Shown: piece after piece, positions 18,001 to 33,000 of the stretch | How the letters are laid out: each line of letters starts with the position of its first letter | Numbering within the stretch: the first letter of the stretch is position 1 | Assembly (NCBI GenBank): GCA_964016885.1 | Contig: OZ024740.1 | Coordinates: forward strand, 256,184,001 to 256,248,000 | Direction: 5' to 3' | From: Eledone cirrhosa | Lineage: Eukaryota | Length of the DNA: 64,000 nucleotides | Notes under the pieces: model-generated | The model's input: only the letters and a program-made list of their open reading frames with translations | What the model was told of the DNA's origin: nothing | Database searches by the model: none | Program-made: the position numbers and the translations under genes

Positions 18001-21000
18001 AGACACCAACGGCAGACACTAACGGCAGACACCAACGGCAGACACCAACTGCAGACACTAACGGCGGACACCAACAGCAGACACCAACGGCAGACACTAA
18101 CGGCAGACACCAACGGCAGACACCAACGGCAGACACTAACGGCAGACACCAACGGCAGACACAAACGGCAGACACAAACGGCAGACACCAACTGCAGACA
18201 CTAACGGCGGACACCAACAGCAGACACCAACGGCAGACACCAACGGCAGACACTAACGGCAGACACCAACGGCAGACACCAACGGCAGACACAAACGGCA
18301 GACACCAACGGCAGACACTAACGGCAGATATAAACGGCAGACAACATCGGCAGACACCAACGGCAGACACCAATGGCAGACATCAACCGCAGACACCAAC
18401 GGCAGACACCAGCGGCAGACATTAACGGCAGACACCAACGGCAGACACCAACGGCAGACCCCAACGGCAGACCCCAATGGCAGACACCAACGGCAGACAC
18501 CAACGGCAGACACAAACGGCAGACACTAACGGCAGACCCCAACGGCTGACACTAACGGCAGACACTAACGTCAGACACCAACGGCAGACGCTAACGGCAG
18601 ACACCAACGGCAGACACAAACGGCAGACACCAACGGCAGACACAAGCGGCAGACACTAACGGCAGACACCAACGGCAGACACAAACGGCAGACACTAACG
18701 GCAGACCCCAACGGCAGACACAAACGGCAGACACCAACGGCAGACAAACGGCAGACAAACGGCAGACACTAACGGCAGACCCCAACGGCAGACACCAACG
18801 GCTGACACCAACGGCAGACCCCAACGCTGACACCAACGGCAGACCCCAACGGCAGACACAAACGGCAGACACCAACGGCTGACGCTAACGGCAGACACCA
18901 ACGGCAGACACTAACGGCAGACACAAACGGCAGACACTAACGGCAGACACCAACAGCGGACACCAACGGCAGACACCAACGGCAGGCACTAACGGCAGAC
19001 ACCGACGGCAGACCCCAACGGCAGACACTAACGGCAGACCCTAACGGCAGACACAAACGGCAGACCCCAACGGAATACACCAACGGCAGACCCCAACGGC
19101 AGACCCCAATGGCAGACACCAACGGCAGACACCAACGGCAGACACCAACGGCAGACACTAAAGGCAGACCCCAACGGCTGACACTAACGGCAGACACTAA
19201 CGGCAGACACCAACGGCAGACGCTAACGGCAGACACCAACGTCAGACACTAACGGCAGACACCAACGGCAGACACTAAAGGAAGACACCAACAGCAGACA
19301 CCAACGGCAGACACTAACGGCAGACACTAACAGCAGACACTAACGGCAGACACAAACGTCAGACACCAATGGCAGACACCAACAGCAGACATTAACAGCA
19401 GACACTAACGGCAGACACCAACAGAAGACACTAAAGGCAGACATTAACGGAAGACACTAACGGCAGACACTAACGGCAGACACCAACGGCATACACCAAC
19501 GGCAGACACTAACGGCAGACCCCAACGGCATACACAAACGGCAGACACCAACGGCAGACACCAACGGCAGACACTAACGGCAGCCACTTACGGCAGACAC
19601 TAACGGCAGACGCCAACTGCAGACCCCAACGGCAGACACCAACAACAGACACCAACGGAAGACACTAACGGCAGACACAAACAACAGACACCAACAGCAG
19701 ACACCAACAGCAGACACCAACGGCAGACACCAACGGCAGACACAAACGGCAGACACCAACAGCAGACACCAACAGCAGACACCAACAGCATACACCAACG
19801 GCAGACACCAACGGCAGACACCAACTGCAGACACTAACGGCGGACACCGACAGCAGACACCAACGGCAGACACTAACGGCAGACACCAACGGCAGACACC
19901 AACTGCAGACACTAACGGCGGACACCAACAGCAGACACCAACGGCAGACACTAACGGCAGACACCAACGGCAGACACCAACGGCAGACACCAACGGCAGA
20001 CACCAACGGCAGGCACTAACGGCAGACACCGACGGCAGACCCTAACGGCAGACACTAACGGCAGACCCTAACGGCAGACACACACGGCAGACCCCAACGG
20101 AAGACACCAACGGCAGACCCCAACGGCAGACCCCAATGGCAGACACCAACGGCAGACACCAACGGCAGACACCAACGGCAGACACTAACGGCAGACCCCA
20201 ACGGCTGACACTAACGGCAGACACTAACGGCAGACACCAACGGCAGACGCTAACGGCAGACACCAACGGCAGACACTAACGGCAGACACCAACGGCAGAC
20301 ACTAAAGGAAGACACCAACAGCAGACACCAACGGCAGACACTAACGGCAGACACTAACAGCAGACACTAACGGCAGACACAAACGTCAGACACCAATGGC
20401 AGACACCAACAGCAGACATTAACGGCAGACACTAACAGCAGACACCAACGGAAGACACTAAAGGCAGACATTAACGGAAGACACTAACGGCAGACACTAA
20501 CGGCAGACACCAACGGCATACACCAACGGCAGACACTAACGGCAGACCCCAACGGCAGACACAAACGGCAGACACCAACGGCAGACACCAACGGCAGACA
20601 CTAACGGCAGCCACTTACGGCAGACACTAACGGCAGACGCCAACTGCAGACCCCAACGGCAGACACCAACAACAGACACCAACGGAAGACACTAACGGCA
20701 GACACAAACAACAGACACCAACAGCAGACACCAACAGCAGACACCAACAGCAGACACCAACGGCAGACACCAACGGCAGACACAAACGGCAGACACCAAC
20801 AGCAGACACCAACAGCATACACCAACGGCAGACACCAACGGCAGACACCAACGGCAGACACCAACTGCAGACACTAACGGCGGACACCGACAGCAGACAC
20901 CAACGGCAGACACTAACGGCAGACACCAACGGCAGACACCAACTGCAGACACTAACGGCGGACACCAACAGCAGACACCAACGGCAGACACTAACGGCAG

Positions 21001-24000
21001 ACACCAACGGCAGACACCAACGGCAGAGACTAACGGCAGACACCAACGGCAGACACCAACGGCAGACACAAACGGAAGCACCAACTGCAGACACTAACGG
21101 CGGACACCAACAGCAGACACCAACGGCAGACACTAACGGCAGACACTAACGGCAGACACCAACGGCAGACACCAACGACAGACACCAACGGCAGACACCA
21201 ACTGCAGATACTAACGGCGGACACCAACAGCAGACACCAACGGCAGACACTAACGGCAGACACCAACGGCAGACACCAACGGCAGACACAAACGGCAGAC
21301 ACCAACGGCAGACACTAACGGCAGATATAAACGGCAGACAACATCGGCAGACACCAACGGCAGACACCAATGGCAGACATCAACCGCAGACACTAACGGC
21401 AGACACCAACGGCAGACATTAACGGCAGACAACAACGGCATACACCAACGGCAGACACCAACGGCAGACACCAACGGCAGACATTAACGGCAGACACCAA
21501 CGGCAGACACTAACGGCAGACACCAACGGCAGACACCAGCGGCAGACATTAACGGCAGACACCAACGGCAGACACTAACGGCAGACAAAAACGGCAGACA
21601 CCAACGGCAGACACCAACGGCAGACACCAACGGCATACATTAACGGCAGACACCAACGGCAGACACCAACGGCGGACGCTAACGGCAGACACCAACGGCA
21701 GACACAAACGGCAGACACCAACGACAGACATTAACGGCAGACACCAACGGCAGACACCAAGGGCAGACACTAACGGCAGACACCAACGGCAGACACCAAC
21801 GGCAGACCCCAACGGCAGACCCCAATGGCAGACACCAACGGCAGACACCAACGGCAGACACCAACGGCAGACACTAACGGCAGACCCCAACGGCTGACAC
21901 TAACGGCAGACACTAACGGCAGACACCAACGGCAGACGCTAACGGCAGACACCAACGGCAGACACAAACGGCAGACACCAACGGCAGACACAAGCGGCAG
22001 ACACTAACGGCAGACACCAACGGCAGACACAAACGGCAGACACTAACGGCAGACCCCAACGGCAGACACAAACGGCAGACACCAACGGCAGACAAACGGC
22101 AGACAAACGGCAGACACTAACGGCAGACCCCAACGGCAGACACCAACGGCTGACACCAACGGCAGACCCCAACGCTGACACCAACGGCAGACCCCAACGG
22201 CAGACACAAACGGTAGACACCAACGGCTGACACTAACGGCAGACACTAACGGCAGACACCAACGGCAGACGCTAACGGCAGACACCAACGGCAGACACTA
22301 ACGGCAGACACAAACGGCAGACACTAACGGCAGACACCAACAGCAGACACCAACGGCAGACACCAACGGCAGGCACTAACGGCAGACACCGACGGCAGAC
22401 CCCAACGGCAGACACTAACGGCAGACCCTAACGGCAGACACAAACGGCAGACCCCAACGGAAGACACCAACGGCAGACCCCAACGGCAGACCCCAATGGC
22501 AGACACCAACGGCAGACACCAACGGCAGACACCAACGGCAGACACTAACGGCAGACCCCAACGGCTGACACTAACGGCAGACACTAACGGCAGACACCAA
22601 CGGCAGACGCTAACGGCAGACACCAACGGCAGACACTAACGGCAGACACCAACGGCAGACACTAAAGGAAGACACCAACAGCAGACACCAACGGCAGACA
22701 CTAACGGCAGACACTAACAGCAGACACTAACGGCAGACACAAACGTCAGACACCAATGGCAGACACCAACAGCAGACATTAACGGCAGACACTAACGGCA
22801 GACACCAACGGAAGACACTAAAGGCAGACATTAACGGAAGACACTAACGGCAGACACTAACGGCAGACACCAACGGCATACACTAACGGCAGACACAACG
22901 GCAGACACAAACGGCAGACACCAACGGCAGACACCAACGGCAGACACTAACGGCAGCCACTTACGGCAGACACTAACGGCAGACGCCAACTGCAGACCCC
23001 AACGGCAGACACCAACAACAGACACCAACGGAAGACACTAACGGCAGACACAAACAACAGACACCAACAGCAGACACCTACAGCAGACACCAACAGCAGA
23101 CACCAACGGCAGACACCAACGGCAGACACAAACGGCAGACACCAACAGCAGACACCAACAGCAGACACCAACAGCATACACCAACGGCAGACACCAACGG
23201 CAGACACCAACGGCAGACACCAACTGCAGACACTAACGGCGGACACCGACAGCAGACACCAACGGCAGACACTAACGGCAGACACCAACGGCAGACACCA
23301 ACTGCAGACACTAACGGCGGACACCAACAGCAGACACCAACGGCAGACACTAACGGCAGACACCAACGGCAGACACCAACGGCAGACACTAACGGCAGAC
23401 ACCAACGGCAGACACCAACGGCAGACACAAACGGCAGACACCAACTGCAGACACTAACGGCGGACACCAACAGCAGACACCAACGGCAGACACTAACGGC
23501 AGACACCAACGGCAGACACCAACGGCAGACACCAACGGCAGACACCAACTGCAGACACTAACGGCAGACACTAACAGCAGACACTAACGGCAGACACAAA
23601 CGTCAGACACCAATGGCAGACACCAGCGGCAGACATTAACGGCAGACACTAACGGAAGACACGAACGGAAGACACTAAAGGTAGACATTAACGGAAGTCA
23701 CTAACGACAGACACGAACGGAAGACACTAACGGCAGACACTAACGGCAGACACCAACAGCAGACACCAACGGAAGACACTAACGGCAGACACCAACAACA
23801 GACACCAACAGCAGACACCAACAGCAGACACCAACAGCAGACACCAACGCCAGACACCAACGGCAGACACAAACGGCAGAAACCAACAGCAGACACCAAC
23901 AGCAGACACCAACAGAAGACACAAACGGCAGACACCAACAGCAGACACCAACAGCGGACACCAACAGCAGACACCAACAGCAGACACCAACGGCAGACAC

Positions 24001-27000
24001 CAACGGCAGACACCAACTGCAGACACTAACGGCGGACACCAACAGCAGACACCAACGACAGACACTAACGGCAGACACCAACGGCAGACACCAACGGCAG
24101 ACACAAACGGCAGACACCAACGGCAGACACTAACGGCAGATATAAACGGCAGACAACATCGGCAGACACCAACGGCAGACACCAATGGCAGACATCAACC
24201 GCAGACACCAACGGCAGACACAAACGGCAGACACCAACAGCAGACACCAACAGCAGACACCAACAGCATACACCAACGGCAGACACCAACGGCAGACACC
24301 AACTGCAGACACTAACGGCGGACACCGACAGCAGACACCAACGGCAGACACTAACGGCAGACACCAACGGCAGACACCAACTGCAGACACTAACGGCGGA
24401 CACCAACAGCAGACACCAACGGCAGACACTAACGGCAGACACCAACGGCAGACACCAACGGCAGACACCAACGGCAGACACCAACGGCAGGCACTAACGG
24501 CAGACACCGACGGCAGACCCTAACGGCAGACACTAACGGCAGACCCTAACGGCAGACACACACGGCAGACCCCAACGGAAGACACCAACGGCAGACCCCA
24601 ACGGCAGACCCCAATGGCAGACACCAACGGCAGACACCAACGGCAGACACCAACGGCAGACACTAACGGCAGACCCCAACGGCTGACACTAACGGCAGAC
24701 ACTAACGGCAGACACCAACGGCAGACGCTAACGGCAGACACCAACGGCAGACACTAACGGCAGACACCAACGGCAGACACTAAAGGAAGACACCAACAGC
24801 AGACACCAACGGCAGACACTAACGGCAGACACTAACAGCAGACACTAACGGCAGACACAAACGTCAGACACCAATGGCAGACACCAACAGCAGACATTAA
24901 CGGCAGACACTAACAGCAGACACCAACGGAAGACACTAAAGGCAGACATTAACGGAAGACACTAACGGCAGACACTAACGGCAGACACCAACGGCATACA
25001 CCAACGGCAGACACTAACGGCAGACCCCAACGGCAGACACAAACGGCAGACACCAACGGCAGACACCAACGGCAGACACTAACGGCAGCCACTTACGGCA
25101 GACACTAACGGCAGACGCCAACTGCAGACCCCAACGGCAGACACCAACAACAGACACCAACGGAAGACACTAACGGCAGACACAAACAACAGACACCAAC
25201 AGCAGACACCAACAGCAGACACCAACAGCAGACACCAACGGCAGACACCAACGGCAGACACAAACGGCAGACACCAACAGCAGACACCAACAGCATACAC
25301 CAACGGCAGACACCAACGGCAGACACCAACGGCAGACACCAACTGCAGACACTAACGGCGGACACCGACAGCAGACACCAACGGCAGACACTAACGGCAG
25401 ACACCAACGGCAGACACCAACTGCAGACACTAACGGCGGACACCAACAGCAGACACCAACGGCAGACACTAACGGCAGACACCAACGGCAGACACCAACG
25501 GCAGAGACTAACGGCAGACACCAACGGCAGACACCAACGGCAGACACAAACGGAAGCACCAACTGCAGACACTAACGGCGGACACCAACAGCAGACACCA
25601 ACGGCAGACACTAACGGCAGACACTAACGGCAGACACCAACGGCAGACACCAACGGCAGACACCAACGGCAGACACCAACTGCAGATACTAACGGCGGAC
25701 ACCAACAGCAGACACCAACGGCAGACACTAACGGCAGACACCAACGGCAGACACCAACGGCAGACACAAACGGCAGACACCAACGGCAGACACTAACGGC
25801 AGATATAAACGGCAGACAACATCGGCAGACACCAACGGCAGACACCAATGGCAGACATCAACCGCAGACACTAACGGCAGACACCAACGGCAGACATTAA
25901 CGGCAGACAACAACGGCATACACCAACGGCAGACACCAACGGCAGACACCAACGGCAGACATTAACGGCAGACACCAACGGCAGACACTAACGGCAGACA
26001 CCAACGGCAGACACCAGCGGCAGACATTAACGGCAGACACCAACGGCAGACACTAACGGCAGACAAAAACGGCAGACACCAACGGCAGACACCAACGGCA
26101 GACACCAACGGCATACATTAACGGCAGACACCAACGGCAGACACCAACGGCGGACGCTAACGGCAGACACCAACGGCAGACACAAACGGCAGACACCAAC
26201 GGCAGACATTAACGGCAGACACCAACGGCAGACACCAAGGGCAGACACTAACGGCAGACACCAACGGCAGACACCAACGGCAGACCCCAACGGCAGACCC
26301 CAATGGCAGACACCAACGGCAGAGACCAACGGCAGACACCAACGGCAGACACTACCGGCAGACCCCAACGGCTGACACTAACGGCAGACACTAACGGCAG
26401 ACACCAACGGCAGACGCTAACGGCAGACACCAACGGCAGACACAAACGGCAGACACCAACGGCAGACACAAGCGGCAGACACTAACGGCAGACACCAACG
26501 GCAGACACAAACGGCAGACACTAACGGCAGACCCCAACGGCAGACACAAACGGCAGACACCAACGGCAGACAAACGGCAGACAAACGGCAGACACTAACG
26601 GCAGACCCCAACGGCAGACACCAACGGCTGACACCAACGGCAGACCCCAACGCTGACACCAACGGCAGACCCCAACGGCAGACACAAACGGTAGACACCA
26701 ACGGCTGACACTAACGGCAGACACTAACGGCAGACACCAACGGCAGACGCTAACGGCAGACACCAACGGCAGACACTAACGGCAGACACAAACGGCAGAC
26801 ACTAACGGCAGACACCAATAGCAGACACCAACGGCAGACACCAACGGCAGGCACTAACGGCAGACACCGACGGCAGACCCCAACGGCAGACACTAACGGC
26901 AGACCCTAACGGCAGACACAAACGGCAGACCCCAACGGAAGACACCAACGGCAGACCCCAACGGCAGACCCCAATGGCAGACACCAACGGCAGACACCAA

Positions 27001-30000
27001 CGGCAGACACCAACGGCAGACACTAACGGCAGACCCCAACGGCTGACACTAACGGCAGACACTAACGGCAGACACCAACGGCAGACGCTAACGGCAGACA
27101 CCAACGGCAGACACTAACGGCAGACACCAACGGCAGACACTAAAGGAAGACACCAACAGCAGACACCAACGGCAGACACTAACGGCAGACACTAACAGCA
27201 GACACTAACGGCAGACACAAACGTCAGACACCAATGGCAGACACCAACAGCAGACATTAACGGCAGACACTAACGGCAGACACCAACGGAAGACACTAAA
27301 GGCAGACATTAACGGAAGACACTAACGGCAGACACTAACGGCAGACACCAACGGCATACACCAACGGCAGACACTAACGGCAGACACAACGGCAGACACA
27401 AACGGCAGACACCAACGGCAGACACCAACGGCAGACACTAACGGCAGCCATTTACGGCAGACACTAACGGCAGACGCCAACTGCAGACCCCAACGGCAGA
27501 CACCAACAACAGACACCAACGGAAGACACTAACGGCAGACACAAACAACAGACACCAACAGCAGACACCTACAGCAGACACCAACAGCAGACACCAACGG
27601 CAGACACCAACGGCAGACACAAACGGCAGACACCAACAGCAGACACCAACAGCAGACACCAACAGCATACACCAACGGCAGACACCAACGGCAGACACCA
27701 ACGGCAGACACCAACTGCAGACACTAACGGCGGACACCGACAGCAGACACCAACGGCAGACACTAACGGCAGACACCAACGGCAGACACCAACTGCAGAC
27801 ACTAACGGCGGACACCAACAGCAGACACCAACGGCAGACACTAACGGCAGACACCAACGGCAGACACCAACGGCAGACACTAACGGCAGACACCAACGGC
27901 AGACACCAACGGCAGACACAAACGGCAGACACCAACTGCAGACACTAACGGCGGACACCAACAGCAGACACCAACGGCAGACACTAACGGCAGACACCAA
28001 CGGCAGACACCAACGGCAGACACCAACGGCAGACACCAACTGCAGACACTAACGGCAGACACTAACAGCAGACACTAACGGCAGACACAAACGTCAGACA
28101 CCAATGGCAGACACCAGCGGCAGACATTAACGGCAGACACTAACGGAAGACACGAACGGAAGACACTAAAGGTAGACATTAACGGAAGACACTAACGACA
28201 GACACGAACGGAAGACACTAACGGCAGACACTAACGGCAGACACCAACAGCAGACACCAACGGAAGACACTAACGGCAGACACCAACAACAGACACCAAC
28301 AGCAGACACCAACAGCAGACACCAACGCCAGACACCAACGGCAGACACAAACGGCAGAAACCAACAGCAGACACCAACAGCAGACACCAACAGAAGACAC
28401 AAACGGCAGACACCAACAGCAGACACCAACAGCGGACACCAACAGCAGACACCAACAGCAGACACCAACGGCAGACACCAACGGCAGACACCAACTGCAG
28501 ACACTAACGGCGGACACCAACAGCAGACACCAACGACAGACACTAACGGCAGACACCAACGGCAGACACCAACGGCAGACACAAACGGAAGACACCAACG
28601 GCAGACACTAACGGCAGATATAAACGGCAGACAACATCGGCAGACACCAACGGCAGACACCAATGGCAGACATCAACCGCAGACACTAACGGCAGACACC
28701 AACGGCAGACATTAACGGCAGACACCAACGGCAGACACTAACGGCAGACACCAACGGCAGACACCAGCGGCAGACATTAACGGCAGACACCAACGGCATA
28801 CACCAACGGCAGACACCAACGGCAGACACCAACGGCAGACATTAACGGCAGACACCAACGGCAGACACTAACGGCAGACACCAACGGCAGACACCAGCGG
28901 CAGACATTAACGGCAGACACCAACGGCAGACACTAACGGCAGACAAAAACGGCAGACACCAACGGCAGACACCAACGGCAGACACCAACGGCAGACATTA
29001 ACGGCAGACACCAACGGCAGACACCAACGGCGGACGCTAACGGCAGACACCAACGGCAGACACAAACGGCAGACACCAACGGCAGACATTAACGGCAGAC
29101 ACCAACGGCAGACACCAAGCACAGACACTAACGGCAGACACCAACGGCAGACACCAACGGCAGACCCCAACGGCAGACCCCAATGGCAGACACCAACGGC
29201 AGACACCAACGGCAGACACAAACGGCAGACACTAACGGCAGACCCCAACGGCTGACACTAACGGCAGACACTAACGGCAGACACCAACGGCAGACGCTAA
29301 CGGCAGACACCAACGGCAGACACAAACGGCAGACACCAACGGCAGACACAAGCGGCAGACACTAACGGCAGACACCAACGGCAGACACAAACGGCAGACA
29401 CTAACGGCAGACAACAACGGCAGACACAAACGGCAGGCAAACGGCAGACAAACGGCAGACACTAACGGCAGACCCCAACGGCAGACACCAACGGCTGACA
29501 CCAACGGCAGACCCCAACGCTGACACCAACGGCAGACCCCAACGGCAGACACAAACGGCAGACACCAACGGCTGACACTAACGGCAGACACTAACGGCAG
29601 ACACCAACGGCAGACGCTAACGGCAGACACCAACGGCAGACACTAACGGCAGACACAAACGGCAGACACTAACGGCAGACACCAACAGCAGACACCAACG
29701 GCAGACACCAACGGCAGGCACTAACGGCAGACACCGACGGCAGACCCTAACGGCAGACACTAACGGCAGACCCTAACGGCAGACACAAACGGCAGACCCC
29801 AACGGAATACACCAACGGCAGAACCCAACGGCAGACCCCAATGGCAGACACCAACGGCAGACACCAACGGCAGACACCAACGGCAGACACTAAAGGCAGA
29901 CCCCAACGGCTGACACTAACGGCAGACACTAACGGCAGACACCAACGGCAGACGCTAACGGCAGACACCAACGGCAGACACTAACGGCAGACACCAACGG

Positions 30001-33000
30001 CAGACACTAAAGGAAGACACCAACAGCAGACACCAACGGCAGACACTAACGGCAGACACTAACAGCAGACACTAACGGCAGACACAAACGTCAGACACCA
30101 ATGGCAGACACCAACAGCAGACATTAACGGCAGACACTAACGGCAGACACCAACGGAAGACACTAAAGGCAGACATTAACGGAAGACACTAACGGCAGAC
30201 ACTAACGGCAGACACCAACGGCATACACCAACGGCAGACACTAACAGGCAGACCCCAACGGCAGACACAAACGGCAGACACCAACGGCAGACACCAACGG
30301 CAGACACTAACGGCAGCCACTTACGGCAGACACTAACGGCAGACGCCAACTGCAGACCCCAACGGCAGACACCAACAACAGACACCAACGGAAGACACTA
30401 ACGGCAGACACAAACAACAGACACCAACAGCAGACACCAACAGCAGACACCAACAGCAGACACCAACGGCAGACACCAACGGCAGACACAAACGGCAGAC
30501 ACCAACAGCAGACACCAACAGCAGACACCAACAGCATACACCAACGGCAGACACCAACGGCAGACACCAACGGCAGACACCAACTGCAGACACTAACGGC
30601 GGACACCGACAGCAGACACCAACGGCAGACACTAACGGCAGACACCAACGGCAGACACCAACTGCAGACACTAACGGCGGACACCAACAGCAGACACCAA
30701 CGGCAGACACTAACGGCAGACACCAACGGCAGACACCAACGGCAGACACTAACGTCAGACACCAACGGCAGACACCAACGGCAGACACAAACGGCAGACA
30801 CCAACTGCAGACACTAACGGCGGACACCAACAGCAGACACCAACGGCAGACACTAACGGCAGACACCAACGGCAGACACCAACGGCAGACACCAACGGCA
30901 GACACCAACTGCAGACACTAACGGCGGACACCAACAGCAGACACCAACGGCAGACACTAACGGCAGACACCAACGGCAGACACCAACGGCAGACACAAAC
31001 GGCAGACACCAACGGCAGACACTAACGGCAGATATAAACGGCAGACAACATCGGCAGACACCAACGGCAGACACCAATGGCAGACATCAACCGCAGACAC
31101 TAACGGCAGACACCAACGGCAGACATTAACGGCAGACAACAACGGCATACACCAACGCAGACTACAACGGCAGACACCAACGGCAGACACTAACGGCAGA
31201 CACCAACGGCAGACACCAACGGCAGACCCCAACGGCAGACCCCAATGGCAGACACCAACGGCAGACACCAACGGCAGACACCAACGGCAGACACTAACGG
31301 CAGACCCCAACGGCTGACACTAACGGCAGACACTAACGGCAGACACCAACGGCAGACACAAACGGCAGACACCAACGGCAGACACAAGCGGCAGACACTA
31401 ACGGCAGACACCAACGGCAGACACAAACGGCAGACACTAACGGCAGACCCCAACGGCAGACACAAACGGCAAACACCAACGGCAGACAAACGGCAGACAA
31501 ACGGCAGACACTAACGGCAGACCCCAACGGCAGACACCAACGGCTGACACCAACGGCAGACCCCAACGCTGACACCAACGGCAGACCCCAACGGCAGACA
31601 CAAACGGCAGACACCAACGGCTGACACTAACGGCAGACACTAACGGCAGACACCAACGGCAGACGCTAACGGCAGACACCAACGGCAGACACTAACGGCA
31701 CATACAAACGGCAGACACTAACGGCAGACACCAACAGCAGACACCAACAGCAGACACCAACGGCAGACACCAACGGCAGGCACTAACGGCAGACACCGAC
31801 GGCAGACCCCAACGGCAGACACTAACGGCAGACCCTAACGGCAGACACAAACGGCAGACCCCAACGGAAGACACCAACGGCAGACCCCAACGGCAGACCC
31901 CAATGGCAGACACCAACGGCAGACACCAACGGCAGACACCAACGGCAGACACTAACGGCAGACCCCAACGGCTGACACTAACGGCAGACACTAACGGCAG
32001 ACACCAACGGCAGACGCTAACGGCAGACACCAACGGCAGACACTAACGGCAGACAACAACGGCATACACCAACGGCAGACACCAACGGCAGACACCAACG
32101 GCAGACATTAACGGCAGACACCAACGGCAGACACTAACGGCAGACACCAACGGCAGACACCAGCGGCAGACATTAACGTCAGACACCAACGGCAGACACT
32201 AACGGCAGACAAAAACGGCAGACACCAACGGCAGACACCAACGGCAGACACCAACGGCAGACATTAACGGCAGACACCAACGGCAGACACCAACGGCGGA
32301 CGCTAACGGCAGACACCAACGGCAGACACAAACGGCAGACACCAACGGCAGACATTAACGGCAGACACCAACGGCAGACACCAAGGGCAGACACTAACGG
32401 CAGACACCAACGGCAGACACCAACGGCAGACCCCCAACGGCAGACCCCAATGGCAGACACCAACGGCAGACACCAACGGCAGACACAAACGGCAGACACT
32501 AACGGCAGACCCCAACGGCTGACACTAACGGCAGACACTAACGGCAGACACCAACGGCAGACGCTAACGGCAGACACCAACGGCAGACACAAACGGCAGA
32601 CACCAACGGCAGACACAAGCGGCAGACACTAACGGCAGACACCAACGGCAGACACAACGGCAGACACTAACGGCAGACCCCAACGGCAGACACAAACGGC
32701 AGACACCAAAGGCAGACAAACGGCAGACACTAACGGCAGACCCTAACGGCAGACACCAACGGCTGACACCAACGGCAGACCCCAACGCTGACACCAACGG
32801 CAGACCCCAACGGCAGACACAAACGGCAGACACCAACGGCTGACACTAACGGCAGACACTAACGGCAGACACCAACGGCAGACGCTAACGGCAGACACCA
32901 ACGGCAGACACTAACGGCAGACACAAACGGCAGACACTAACGGCAGACACCAACAGCAGACACCAACGGCAGACACCAACGGCAGGCACTAACGGCAGAC